In this document: positions 1 through 9,864 of the stretch, in pieces
Layout of the letters: every line of letters starts with the position of its first letter
Position numbering within the stretch: position 1 is the stretch's first letter
NCBI GenBank assembly: GCA_963544395.1
Contig: CAUUFA010000006.1
Location: forward strand, 37,997 to 101,996
DNA: 64,000 nt
Source: an uncultured Bacilli bacterium
Lineage (GTDB): Bacteria; Bacillota_I; Bacilli_A; RFN20; CAG-288
Direction: 5' to 3'
Made by a program: the position numbers and the translations under genes
Notes under the pieces: model-generated
The model's database searches: none
What the model was told of the DNA's origin: nothing
What the model saw: the letters and a program-made list of their open reading frames with translations, nothing else

Positions 1-1
1 T

Positions 2-265
2 TTAGAAACCTTGAAAAAAGCCGGATATTGGTGCGTCGCATCAGCGGGTGAAGGAAAAGATATCTACGATGAAATCAATTATTCCGGAAAGATCGTCCTT
101 ATCATCGGCTCTGAAGGGTTCGGCGTGTCAAGGCTTGTCCGTGAACGTTCCGATTTTGTTGCTTCTATTCCGCTCCCTGGGCAGGTCAAGGCCTTGAACG
201 CATCCATCGCCGCCGCTGTCTTTTTGGCAGAGATCTGCTCATACCGAAGAAAACACGTAAAATAG
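2..265 (+). CDS. rlmB: SpoU/TrmH-family RNA 2'-O-methyltransferase, C-terminal fragment (5' end lies outside the window)
   Basis: The frame is open from the window edge. LIIGSEGFGVSR...IPLPGQVKALNASIAAAVFLAE matches SpoU motifs 2 and 3. It is followed by a SigH-like sigma gene, as in the Bacillus yacO-sigH arrangement. Confidence 0.8.
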   Translation, partial: LETLKKAGYWCVASAGEGKDIYDEINYSGKIVLIIGSEGFGVSRLVRERSDFVASIPLPGQVKALNASIAAAVFLAEICSYRRKHVK

Positions 266-381
266 ACTGACGAAAATATGTTCTAGGAGACAAAAAGAAC
301 TCGAAAACAGATTTTTATATGGCCAAATTTTCCGTCTTTGCCATTGAATTCTATGTGCAGACTTTGGAGTACAGAAGCAAG

Positions 382-993
382 ATGAGCAATTTTCATAAGG
401 ATGTTTCCTATCGCGGACTGAGCTTAGAAGAGCTCGCTGTCTGCGCCAAAGACGATGACGGGGCGATGAACGAGCTGTTGGTCAGGGTCTCCAAAGCCAT
501 CTACAGCCTGGTTTTCGAATCGAAGGAGACACATCCTTTCCTGCAGGTCGAGGATATGGCGACCGAGCTTCGGAGGCTGGCAGTAGCTTCCGTCAGGAAG
601 TACGACAGTGAGAAAGGCAAGTTCCTCACCTACCTTTATTCCGTGTTCCGGAGGGCGATCGATTACAACAATTACCGCACCTACAAGAAGATCCTGAATC
701 AGAGAAGCTATCTTGGCATTCAGGTCCCTCTGCAGGAAGTCACGATGTTCAGCGATGTCACGCTTCAGGATGCCGATGAGTGGATGAGAAACAAGATTGA
801 TCTTGAAGACTTCCGCTGCAGCCTGAAAGGAACGGATATGGAGATCTTCACCCTTTATCTGGACGGCTTCACCAACCAGAAGATAGCGGAGACCCTGTTT
901 CTGAGCGTCTCCAAGGTGAACGGAACGATCCATAGACTGAAGGAACAGGCTAGGAAGAAACTTCTTGGCACCGAGCCTGCCAAAGGGAAATAA
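382..993 (+). CDS. sigH: Sigma-70 family RNA polymerase sigma factor, SigH-like
   Basis: The C-terminal region-4 HTH (LYLDGFTNQKIAETLFLSVSKVNGTIHRLKEQARKKL) resembles SigH. The ATG at 382 has a GGAG about 11 nt upstream. The longer ORF from 319 has no RBS. Confidence 0.65.
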   Translation: MSNFHKDVSYRGLSLEELAVCAKDDDGAMNELLVRVSKAIYSLVFESKETHPFLQVEDMATELRRLAVASVRKYDSEKGKFLTYLYSVFRRAIDYNNYRTYKKILNQRSYLGIQVPLQEVTMFSDVTLQDADEWMRNKIDLEDFRCSLKGTDMEIFTLYLDGFTNQKIAETLFLSVSKVNGTIHRLKEQARKKLLGTEPAKGK

Positions 994-1023
994 GAAGGCA
1001 TAGCGCCGTGCTATAATCTTGGC

Positions 1024-1926
1024 ATGGTTCAGACAGCGATCAGCGTCATCATCCCCGCTTACCGCGTGGAGAACTTCATCTCAGAATGCCTCGACTCTTT
1101 GGAGCATCAGGATTTTCAGCTTCCTTTTCAGGTGATCCTCGTCGATTGTGACAGTCCGGATCGCACCGGTGAAATCTGTAAACAATATGCTCAACGGAGA
1201 CCCGATCTTTTCTTCTATTATCACTATGATTTCAATCGAGGTGTCTCGGTCGGAAGGAACATCGGACTCTTCCACGCCTCTGGAAAATACATCTCGTTTC
1301 TGGATGGGGATGATTTCGTGAGCCCGGATTACCTCTCGGAACTGTATCGGCGTGCTTTGCAGACCAAAAGCCAGGTGGTGACCGGTGGTTACTACATTTA
1401 TTCTGGCAAGCGGAAAAAGAGAGGCTATTCCAGGCTAAACTACCATGGGACCGGCAAAGAAGCCCTTCTGAAGCTATATCACTCTCCACAGATGAAAATC
1501 CGCACGTTTTCCTGGGGAAGGCTTTATGAAAGAAGCTTTTTGAACAACCATCAGATCCGTTTTGATGAGCGGGCAGAGCGATTCGAGGATTGGATCTTCT
1601 TCAGCCGGGTCATGCTTTATGCGGAGCGTGTTCTTTTCTTCAAGAAGCCGCTTTATTATTATCGGCAGCACGAGGCCTCATTGATGTCTTCCGCCAAGCA
1701 GACATTGCTTCCTCATCTCTTTGCCATCGAGACATCAAAAAAAGATGTTTTCAAAGAAAACGAGCAATTCTGTAGAAAGCTATTTGACAGACCTCACCTG
1801 ACGATGAGGTGGCAGCTGCGCTTTGATGCTGACAAATCCTTTCGGGAGATGAACTTGACTAAACATCAAGCCAGAAAGCTGGCTAAGAAGAGGCTGAATG
1901 ATATTTTCAACGGGAGGAAGAAATGA
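1024..1926 (+). CDS. Family 2 glycosyltransferase
   Basis: N-terminal ISVIIPAYRVENFISECLDSLEHQ...VILVDCDSPD...LDGDD is the GT-A/GT2 signature, including a DxD-like motif. Confidence 0.8.
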   Translation: MVQTAISVIIPAYRVENFISECLDSLEHQDFQLPFQVILVDCDSPDRTGEICKQYAQRRPDLFFYYHYDFNRGVSVGRNIGLFHASGKYISFLDGDDFVSPDYLSELYRRALQTKSQVVTGGYYIYSGKRKKRGYSRLNYHGTGKEALLKLYHSPQMKIRTFSWGRLYERSFLNNHQIRFDERAERFEDWIFFSRVMLYAERVLFFKKPLYYYRQHEASLMSSAKQTLLPHLFAIETSKKDVFKENEQFCRKLFDRPHLTMRWQLRFDADKSFREMNLTKHQARKLAKKRLNDIFNGRKK

Positions 1927-2801
1927 TGACTCAGGCTCTGTTCAATGAGATGGAGAATGAGATTTATCTCCATCGTGATCCTCAGAAGAACAAAGCGGAT
2001 TTCGGAAGAGCGCTTCTGATCGGATCCAGTCACGCTTATCCTTTGGCGGTGCTGATCGCCGAGCGGGCAGCTTCCAAAGTCGGAAACGGTTACCTTGCTC
2101 TTTCGGTACCGGATGAGGTATATCCTATCGCCGCCTCACGCTGCTCTCTCACGACGATCTTCGAACCGATTGAAAATCATCATGAATCCTTTATCCCTTC
2201 GGAAGGAATCTTTGAAAGGCTTGACCGCTACGATGCTATTCTTTTTGGAAACGGCATTGCCTCAACGAAGGAAAATTATGAATTCCTGTGCGAATTGATT
2301 CGGAACTATCGAAAGAGACTGGTTCTTGATGCGACAGCTTTATCCCTGCTGGCAGCTTTCGGTTGTGAAATCCTATTGAAAAAAGCCGAAACTTCCGAGA
2401 TTCTCTTAACACCTCATCTTGGTGAAGCCAGAAGGCTTTTCAAAAGCAACGTACAGTCCCGCAATCCGAAAGAATATCTCTCACCTGCGTTGGCGTTCTG
2501 CCAGAAATATCATATCCATATGTTTCTCAAGAGCTATCAGTCCTACTATGTCGACGAAAAAGAAGCGACGTTGAGCCCAGTTTTATCCAGCCCTTCATTG
2601 GCAAAAGCAGGAAGCGGCGATGGACTTGCCGGTTATCTTGCCGGAGTCTTGGCTTTCCCTTTGAAGGAAGAACTGAAAGAAAGAGTGCTTTTTGCCGATA
2701 GGATGATTCATCTTGCCGCCAAGACTTCTGAGCAGGAAAAGACGGTCGGTGAAGCCAATATTATTTCGGCAATTGAAAAGATTCCGGTGATGGAAAAGTG
2801 A
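1923..2801 (+). CDS. nnrD: ADP-dependent NAD(P)H-hydrate dehydratase (YjeF C-terminal / carbohydrate-kinase fold)
   Basis: KAGSGDGLAGYLAGVLA matches the GxGDxLxG motif. The length of about 290 aa fits. The start overlaps the upstream stop and follows a GGAGGA RBS. Confidence 0.7.
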   Translation: MMTQALFNEMENEIYLHRDPQKNKADFGRALLIGSSHAYPLAVLIAERAASKVGNGYLALSVPDEVYPIAASRCSLTTIFEPIENHHESFIPSEGIFERLDRYDAILFGNGIASTKENYEFLCELIRNYRKRLVLDATALSLLAAFGCEILLKKAETSEILLTPHLGEARRLFKSNVQSRNPKEYLSPALAFCQKYHIHMFLKSYQSYYVDEKEATLSPVLSSPSLAKAGSGDGLAGYLAGVLAFPLKEELKERVLFADRMIHLAAKTSEQEKTVGEANIISAIEKIPVMEK

Positions 2802-2832
2802 CCGCCCTGTTGTCAGAGCAGTCACTTGCTGT

Positions 2833-4566
2833 TTAACGATCGAGCGCTTCGGGATCGAAGGTGTCAAGATAGCTGACGATCTCTTCAGCGACGTTCTTTA
2901 AGGTATCGCCATCCATCGGATTGGCGATGCTGGCGTTCTGAAGGAGGGTTCGGAACGGATACGTTCCGCCTAACTTATCAAAACGGATGTATTTATCGAG
3001 CGCTTCCTGATGGTTCTTTCTCGATTCGTTGAAGAACTCCAGGGAGACCACCTGAGCGATCGTGTAATCGAGATAGTAGAGCGGATTTTCGAAGATGTGA
3101 GACTGTCTCTCCCAGAATCCGCCGGAGGCAAGGAACTCGTTTCCTTCATACGTCCGATGCGGCAGATAGGTCTTTTCAAGCTCTCTCCAGTAGGCCTTTC
3201 TCTCATGATGCGTAAGTTCCGGATGCTCATAGGCGTAGGTCTGGAACGCATCGACGATACAGCCATAAGGGATGAAGGTGAGCGCATCGCAGAGGTGCTG
3301 ATAGCAGTACTTTTCCGTGTCTTCCTTGAAGAAAAGATTCATCCAAGGATAGGTCAGATACTCCATCGACATCGAGTGCATTTCCGCACATTCCATACCC
3401 GGAGTCCGATAGGGAGGAACGTCGGTGCTCTCGGCTCCTAAGAAGCCTTGGAGAGCGTGGCCAAACTCATGGGTGAGAACATCGACATCACCGCTTGTTC
3501 CGTTGAAGTTGGCAAAGATGAAAGAGGTTTTCAGTGAAGGCAGGAAATCCATGTATCCACCACCGGCTTTCCCGGGCTTGGCAAGCAGGTTCATACAGGA
3601 GTGCGTCACCATGAAATGGAATTTTTCTGAGGCGATCGGAGACATCTCGGCATACATTCTTTCCGCTGCGTTGACCAGCTGGTCAGGCGTGCCTTTCGGA
3701 AGCGGATTTCCGCTCTTGTAGAAGATGGCGTAATCGTAGAAATGAGTGTCATCACCATAGCCTAATCTTTTCTTCTGAGCCGCGAAGATAAGATTTGAAA
3801 TCGGGACGATATAGTCCAGAATTTTCTTTCGGTATTGAGCAGCATCTTCCGGTGTCCAATCCAAGCGTCCCATTCTGTCATAAGCTAACGGAAGGAAATT
3901 AGGATAGCCGAGCGTCTTGGCAATTTTTGTTCTGACTTTGACCATCCGGCCATAAATATCACCTAACTGTTCATCGTGATCCGCATAGAACCCCCACACG
4001 AGGCGGCTCGCCTTGGCTCTGGTTTCCCGGTCTGAGGAAGTGGTGTATTTTCCCATCTGGGACAGAGAGAGCTTCTCTCCGTTAAACTCGATCAGAGCGG
4101 AGGAAACAACATCGATGTATTCGGAGACGAGTTTGTTTTCTTCGACGAGATCTGGAATGATCTTTGGAGAAAACGTCCTCATCGACTGTTTGACCATATC
4201 AAAATAAAGCTGACCGAAGGCTTTGACAAGACCCTCCCGATAAGGAGAGTCAAAGAAGTGCTTGTCGAACTTGTTGCTGGCTTCGCTGATCTCTGGCCCG
4301 ATCTCATCGATCAGATCAGATAGCTTCTTGTAGTACGCGTTCCTTGTATCGATGGTGTGACGGATGTTGATGAGCCCGAACGAGGTCGAGAGATCGTCAG
4401 AGAGCCGGAAATAGGCTCGGACGGCTTCGACAGCCTCTTTTCCGTTCTTGGCGTTGACAAGCTGCTCATCTAACCTCTCGATCTCGGCGATGATCTCCTT
4501 CTTGTTCGGCTCTTCGACGACAACATTGTCCAACTTCGTGAATTCGGAATGAAATTGCTGAATCAT
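2833..4566 (-). CDS. pepF: M3B-family oligoendopeptidase F-like metallopeptidase
   Basis: It carries the zinc motif LTHEFGHALQG (HExxH). The 577-aa length and overall pattern are typical of PepF/M3B. Confidence 0.85.
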   Translation of the reverse strand: MIQQFHSEFTKLDNVVVEEPNKKEIIAEIERLDEQLVNAKNGKEAVEAVRAYFRLSDDLSTSFGLINIRHTIDTRNAYYKKLSDLIDEIGPEISEASNKFDKHFFDSPYREGLVKAFGQLYFDMVKQSMRTFSPKIIPDLVEENKLVSEYIDVVSSALIEFNGEKLSLSQMGKYTTSSDRETRAKASRLVWGFYADHDEQLGDIYGRMVKVRTKIAKTLGYPNFLPLAYDRMGRLDWTPEDAAQYRKKILDYIVPISNLIFAAQKKRLGYGDDTHFYDYAIFYKSGNPLPKGTPDQLVNAAERMYAEMSPIASEKFHFMVTHSCMNLLAKPGKAGGGYMDFLPSLKTSFIFANFNGTSGDVDVLTHEFGHALQGFLGAESTDVPPYRTPGMECAEMHSMSMEYLTYPWMNLFFKEDTEKYCYQHLCDALTFIPYGCIVDAFQTYAYEHPELTHHERKAYWRELEKTYLPHRTYEGNEFLASGGFWERQSHIFENPLYYLDYTIAQVVSLEFFNESRKNHQEALDKYIRFDKLGGTYPFRTLLQNASIANPMDGDTLKNVAEEIVSYLDTFDPEALDR

Positions 4567-4586
4567 TTATGTGTGTTCCTTTCTAG

Positions 4587-6152
4587 CTATTCTTTTGTTT
4601 GACTCTTGACAGCCTTCTTGGCCGTGACGCCTTTAAGATGATAGAGGGCTTTGTATTTTTTGGTGAGGTACTCGATATAAGGCTGAGCCGAGAAATCCTC
4701 TCCGGTCAGCTTCTTGATCCAGGTCTTGGTATCAAGAAGAGCGGCGCTCTTGAAGGGGTTCTCGGTCATCCAGGTAAGAATATCTTTCATCTTGCCTTCC
4801 CGAAGTGTCTTCTTCAGGTGAATATCCTTGTCCATCGCTTTGACATATATGCAGCCGAGGGCATTTCCGATGGCATAAGTGGGGAAGTAACCGAACCCTG
4901 AAGTCCAGTGTACATCCTGCAGAATGCCGGTAGAATCATGGGTATTCTTCACATCGAGGATTTCCTCATACAGGCGGTTCCAGGTCTGATTGAGAGTGCG
5001 GAAGTCGCAATCGGGCTTCAGCATCTCCTTCTCCAGTCGGTAGCGGATGATGATGTGGAGGGTGTAGGTCAGCTCATCCGCTTCCGTGCGAAGCGGATTA
5101 TCGAGGTCGATGTAGTTGACACCTTCATAGAGGTCGTCTTCACTGACATCGCCGAGCTCTTCTTTGAACAGCTCATGGAACTTCGGGTAGATGGCGTGGA
5201 TGTACTCATGGCTTCTTCCGATGATGTTTTCATAGAAGCGGGAGACGGACTCATGCTTTCCCATGGAGAGTGCGCCTTCACCGAGGTGATAGCGGAAGAC
5301 ATCTTCGGGAATGTTCTGACCGAAGAGCGCATGTCCACCCTCATGGATGACGGAGTACATGTTCGAGATGAAGCTGTCTTCCAGATATTTTGTGGTGATT
5401 CGGACATCGTTTCGACTGAACTGCTCCGTGAACGGATGCTCCGTCGTTCCGACAGAGCCACGGGAGAAATCAAAGCCGTTGAAGGCAAGGAGGAACTTAG
5501 TGAACTGCTCCTGTTTGGCGACGGGGACAGACGTGTGAAGAAAATCGTGCTTTGGGACATAAGAGGAAGCGCGGACCTGCTTAAGAAGAGGAACAATTCC
5601 TTTTTCCAGCTCATCGAAGAAGGCATCGAGGTCTTTCGAAGTGAACCCTTCTTCGTAATCATCGATCAGCGAGGTGTAGAGATCCTCGCTGTCATGGTCA
5701 TCCCGAAGCGTGATCAGCTTCTTCTGCATCGTTGCGATCTTGGCTAATGTCGGATGGAATTCGGCGTAGGAGTCATCCCGCTTTGCCTTCATCCAGGTGA
5801 TGTAGGCATCGCTGAAGAGCTGAACGGCTTCCCGCAGGGTCTCTTCGTTGACGTTCCGGTTTCTCTGTTGCTCACGGTACAGGTTGTGGATGAGACGTTT
5901 GTCATAGGGAGAGAGCGACTCGTAATCCACCCGGTACAGTTTGTTGACGAGCATGATGAAATCCTGAGACTTGCGGATTCTGAAAATCTCGGACTGCAGC
6001 GAAGCGATGTCATCGCTGTCGCCCTGCATGCCGCCTTCCGGGGCAGCCGTTTCCATATCATAGTTGATGATCTTGCACGTGTGTTCCTTACGTTCAATTC
6101 GATTCATCATCTCATACAGCTGCTTCAGATCGTTGTTATTGTATTTTGCCAT
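4587..6152 (-). CDS. M32-family (Taq-type) carboxypeptidase
   Basis: HEGGHALF (HExxH), GKHESVSRFYEN (HES motif), LRTEADELTY and DVHW are hallmark M32 motifs. The protein is 521 aa. Confidence 0.9.
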   Translation of the reverse strand: MAKYNNNDLKQLYEMMNRIERKEHTCKIINYDMETAAPEGGMQGDSDDIASLQSEIFRIRKSQDFIMLVNKLYRVDYESLSPYDKRLIHNLYREQQRNRNVNEETLREAVQLFSDAYITWMKAKRDDSYAEFHPTLAKIATMQKKLITLRDDHDSEDLYTSLIDDYEEGFTSKDLDAFFDELEKGIVPLLKQVRASSYVPKHDFLHTSVPVAKQEQFTKFLLAFNGFDFSRGSVGTTEHPFTEQFSRNDVRITTKYLEDSFISNMYSVIHEGGHALFGQNIPEDVFRYHLGEGALSMGKHESVSRFYENIIGRSHEYIHAIYPKFHELFKEELGDVSEDDLYEGVNYIDLDNPLRTEADELTYTLHIIIRYRLEKEMLKPDCDFRTLNQTWNRLYEEILDVKNTHDSTGILQDVHWTSGFGYFPTYAIGNALGCIYVKAMDKDIHLKKTLREGKMKDILTWMTENPFKSAALLDTKTWIKKLTGEDFSAQPYIEYLTKKYKALYHLKGVTAKKAVKSQTKE

Positions 6153-6237
6153 AATGAACCTCGATGAAGAAATTATAGCAATTCTTCTCCTATATGGGAA
6201 AGAAGCCTATAATGAAACCATCCTAGGAATTTCGCAG

Positions 6238-7269
6238 ATGAAACTGAAAATCGATATGCTCTCGCATGCGACTTCCGCTCCCGCTCAAGGGGTCGGAAGC
6301 GTCTATATCGAACAGACAAGGCTGATGAAAGAGCTCGGTCAGGATGATTTTGAAATCTTCATCAACCGCCAATCCTCTCGGATGGATCTTTACCACATCC
6401 ATTCGGTCAATCCGTCCTTTTACCTCATGATGAAGAAACATAGAACTACCATTTGTTTCGTCCATTTTATGCCGGATACCTTGGAAGGATCCATTCGTCT
6501 TCCCAAATTCATCTTCCGACTGTTTCGAAGATATGTCATACGTTTTTATCGCAAGGCTAAAGAGATCGTCGTCGTCAATCCCAGCTTCATTCCCGAGTTA
6601 GAAAATTACGGTTTGGATCGCTCGAGGATCACCTATATTCCTAACTTTGTTTCGCGGGAGGATTTCCATCCGCTTCCTAGGGAACGAAAAACAGAGATCC
6701 GCAAAAAATACCATATTCCTGAAAGTGCTTTTGTCGTGCTCGGTGTTGGTCAGGTGCAGACGAGGAAGGGTGTTCTGGATTTCATTCAGCTCAGCGAGGA
6801 AAATCCGGATATGTTTTTCGTCTGGGCCGGAGGTTTCTCCTTCCATCAGATCACAGACGGCTATGACGTCCTGAAGAAAGAAATGAAAAAAGAGCGGAAG
6901 AACCTTCTCTTCACCGGCATTCTGAACCGAGAGGAAATGAACAGTATCTATAATGCCAGCGATGTTTTTCTTCTTCCTTCCTACAACGAGCTCTTTCCGA
7001 TGGCTCTTTTAGAAAGCTGCAACGTCTCCTTGCCTTATATTGTCAGAGACCTCTCTCTTTATCAGGATATCTTAGTGAAAGACAGCCTGAAGGCTTCGGA
7101 TCAGAAGGAATTTGCTATTCTTCTGAGAAAACTGAAAGAGAATCCTGAGTTTTATCAATCACAGCGTAATGTCGCCTCAGAGATGGCAAAGAAGTATAGC
7201 CGGGAGAACGTCTATCTGCTCTGGCGGGATTACTATCAGAAAATCTATCGCAAATATCAGAAGAAGTAG
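6238..7269 (+). CDS. GT4 (GT-B fold) glycosyltransferase, possibly a glycolipid synthase
   Basis: The C-terminal NELFPMALLESCNVSLPYIV fits the EX7E motif. The start was moved to MKLKIDMLSHA (6238) because the 6064 start would overlap the divergent M32 gene. Confidence 0.75.
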   Translation: MKLKIDMLSHATSAPAQGVGSVYIEQTRLMKELGQDDFEIFINRQSSRMDLYHIHSVNPSFYLMMKKHRTTICFVHFMPDTLEGSIRLPKFIFRLFRRYVIRFYRKAKEIVVVNPSFIPELENYGLDRSRITYIPNFVSREDFHPLPRERKTEIRKKYHIPESAFVVLGVGQVQTRKGVLDFIQLSEENPDMFFVWAGGFSFHQITDGYDVLKKEMKKERKNLLFTGILNREEMNSIYNASDVFLLPSYNELFPMALLESCNVSLPYIVRDLSLYQDILVKDSLKASDQKEFAILLRKLKENPEFYQSQRNVASEMAKKYSRENVYLLWRDYYQKIYRKYQKK

Positions 7270-7271
7270 AA

Positions 7272-7865
7272 TCAGCTTAACAGAGGCAACGTGAGTCTAA
7301 GCAGGTTCTTCACCATATCCGCTTCCTTGATGGTCAGATTTTCCGCAACAGAATAATAAAAGACCGAGACGAACGCCCCGCTGTAGAAGCGGGCGGTCAG
7401 ATCTTTGTTGGCATCCGTATAAAGGCCTCCCAGGTAACCGCTGATCCCTTCGAGACACTTCTGAAAGAGGATATTCATCATATAGTAGACAGCATGCGAG
7501 GAGTCCTCTTTGATCAGTTTGAAGACCGGAAGCTTTGCGGTATAGAGAAAGTGAACGGTGGATTCAATCACTTTTTTCAGAGGAGAAATCTTGTTGAGCG
7601 GAGAGGTCTTCGTGAGAATCTGATTGTTCTCCTCCATCAAAGCTTTCGAGTACTTTTCAAACAGAAGCAGAAGAATATCATTCTTCTCGTCAAAGTTGTT
7701 GTAGAAGGTATTCTTTGAAATAAGAGCACGGTCCGTGATATCCTTGACAGAGATATCGTCGTAACTCTTCTCCAGAAGCAACTCGTCTAACGCATTGACC
7801 AAATCCCTCTTTGTCCTAGTAATCCGGGCATCTTCCTTTGGACGACTCTGTAAATTCTGGTCCAT
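7272..7865 (-). CDS. TetR/AcrR-family transcriptional regulator
   Basis: It has an N-terminal HTH: RITRTKRDLVNALDELLLEKSYDDISVKDITDRALISKNTFYNNF. It is divergent from an ABC transporter operon. Confidence 0.85.
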   Translation of the reverse strand: MDQNLQSRPKEDARITRTKRDLVNALDELLLEKSYDDISVKDITDRALISKNTFYNNFDEKNDILLLLFEKYSKALMEENNQILTKTSPLNKISPLKKVIESTVHFLYTAKLPVFKLIKEDSSHAVYYMMNILFQKCLEGISGYLGGLYTDANKDLTARFYSGAFVSVFYYSVAENLTIKEADMVKNLLRLTLPLLS

Positions 7866-8017
7866 TTTCCCGCCTCCTCAAGGTACGATTTCCTGACGGC
7901 AGACATTTTAGCACAAAAGTATTGCAATTTGTATAGGTGGTTGCTATCATTACTAGCGCATAGTTATTGCACTAGCGTACAAATAATTTTGCAAAGCGGA
8001 AAGAAAGGGGGAAGTAG

Positions 8018-8944
8018 ATGGAACACATTATTGAAATCCAGAACTTGGTCAAAGACTATGGCCAGGGACGAGGCGTCTTCGATGTCTCCTTCTATGTAGA
8101 TAAGGGGGAATGCTTCGGCTTCCTCGGTCCTAACGGAGCCGGAAAATCGACGACGATCCGCCATCTGATGGGCTTTTCCGTGCCGGACAGCGGCGTCACC
8201 CTGCTCAATGGAAAGAACTCTCTGAAGAACCGGAATCTTCTGTTGCAGGGGGTCTCTTATATTCCCGGTGAGATCGCTCTGCCAGACAACCTGCACGGCT
8301 ATGAAGTCATCGAGGAACAGATGAAGCTCAAAAGCGTGGTGAGTCATGACTTCTTCACCTGGCTGCAGAAGACGTTTGAATTAGACGACAGACTTCTCTG
8401 CAAAGAGATGTCACTTGGCATGAAGCGGAAGATGGCGATTGTCTGCGCCTTTATGAACGACCCAGACGTCATCATCATGGATGAACCTTCCTCCGGACTT
8501 GACCCGGAGATGCAGGAACGTTTCGTCCGGCTCATCGAGCTGGAGAAGAAACGGGGCAAGACAATCCTTCTCTCCTCTCATATTTTTGCCGAAGTTGATG
8601 CCTGCTGCGACCGGATCGCCGTCATCAAAGACGGAAGAATCGTCTCTCTCTTTGTCGCAGATGATCTCAAGCACAATAGCATCAAGCAGTTCCACATCAC
8701 CTATCCTTCAGAGGAAGAGAAGAACAGCGCCAAAGCCTTCCTCTCCGAAAATGGATTTGAGACTGCTGATAGCTCTGCAAATCCCAACCGTCTCTCCTGC
8801 TTCACTCCGGATTCTAGGATCAACGAATTCATTCAGATCCTGCCGAGAGGCTTCATCGACTTCTCCGAGAAGAAGGAGACGCTGGAAGATTATTTCATGT
8901 CCTTCTATAAGGAGGATCAGACATACGGAGGCATCCGAAAATGA
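8018..8944 (+). CDS. ABC transporter ATP-binding protein (first of two)
   Basis: It has Walker A GPNGAGKST, an LSLGMKRK signature-like motif and Walker B IIMDEPSSGLD. Confidence 0.9.
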   Translation: MEHIIEIQNLVKDYGQGRGVFDVSFYVDKGECFGFLGPNGAGKSTTIRHLMGFSVPDSGVTLLNGKNSLKNRNLLLQGVSYIPGEIALPDNLHGYEVIEEQMKLKSVVSHDFFTWLQKTFELDDRLLCKEMSLGMKRKMAIVCAFMNDPDVIIMDEPSSGLDPEMQERFVRLIELEKKRGKTILLSSHIFAEVDACCDRIAVIKDGRIVSLFVADDLKHNSIKQFHITYPSEEEKNSAKAFLSENGFETADSSANPNRLSCFTPDSRINEFIQILPRGFIDFSEKKETLEDYFMSFYKEDQTYGGIRK

Positions 8945-9864
8945 CCGCTGAAAAAAAGTCATCCGTCATCCGTGTCAGCCACGTGCTGAAAGACTACGGA
9001 GACGGAAGAGGAAACTTTGATATTTCCTTAGACATTTGCGAAGGGGAGACGCTCGGCTTAGTCGGAGAGAACGGCGCTGGCAAGACTACCTTGATCCGTC
9101 AGCTGATGGGCTTCATCCGCTCCGACCGGGGCAGCATTCAGATCTATGGGAAGGACGCTTATAAGGAATGTGCCTTTCTGAAACAGTACATCGGCTATAT
9201 TCCGGGCGAGATCAATTTTCCGGACATACGATCTGGCACTGAGTTTTTAAGCTCCTATGGCAAGAGCCGAGGAGCGAGCGCCGACAACTTCGCCTATGCG
9301 GATCAGATCATCTCAAGGCTTCAGCTTGATGTCCGCGCCTATCCGAAGCGGATGTCAAAAGGCATGAAGCAGAAGACGGCAATCGTCGCCTGCATGATGC
9401 TGAAGTCGCCTGTCATCATCATGGATGAGCCGACGATCGGACTCGATCCTCTGATGCGCGATGAGCTGCTCAAGCTCGTCATGGAGCAGAAGCAGAGAGG
9501 CGCTACCATGCTGATGTCCTCCAACACGATCGAAGAGCTGGAGAGAGTGTGCGACCGCGTCGCCTTGATCTCCCAGGGAAGGATCATCGACATCGCGGAT
9601 GTCAGCGATGTCAAAAATCGCGATCTTCGTGACTATAAGATTGAGTTTGAGGATGATGAATCATATCTTGCCTTCCTAAAGGAAAGAGATGACATTCTCC
9701 GCGTGAAACCGGAGATTGACCAAGCGACGCTCCGGGTGAATAAAGCGGATATCCCTCAGCTCTTCGACACGCTGGAACACTATCGGATCAAATACATCAC
9801 TGAGGTGAAGTTCAACCTGAGCAACTACTTCGGCGAGAAAAGAAAGGAGATGAAAGTATGCTGA
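8941..9864 (+). CDS. ABC transporter ATP-binding protein (second of two)
   Basis: It has Walker A GENGAGKTT, MSKGMKQK and Walker B IIMDEPTIGLD. Its start overlaps the upstream stop by 4 nt. Confidence 0.9.
   Translation: MTAEKKSSVIRVSHVLKDYGDGRGNFDISLDICEGETLGLVGENGAGKTTLIRQLMGFIRSDRGSIQIYGKDAYKECAFLKQYIGYIPGEINFPDIRSGTEFLSSYGKSRGASADNFAYADQIISRLQLDVRAYPKRMSKGMKQKTAIVACMMLKSPVIIMDEPTIGLDPLMRDELLKLVMEQKQRGATMLMSSNTIEELERVCDRVALISQGRIIDIADVSDVKNRDLRDYKIEFEDDESYLAFLKERDDILRVKPEIDQATLRVNKADIPQLFDTLEHYRIKYITEVKFNLSNYFGEKRKEMKVC

Noticed and set aside
6064-6237. Upstream extension of the GT4 glycosyltransferase ORF (start at 6064)
   Set aside because: It would overlap the 5' end of the divergent M32 carboxypeptidase gene by about 90 nt and adds a non-homologous leader. 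The internal start MKLKIDMLSHA at 6238 fits GT4 N-termini.
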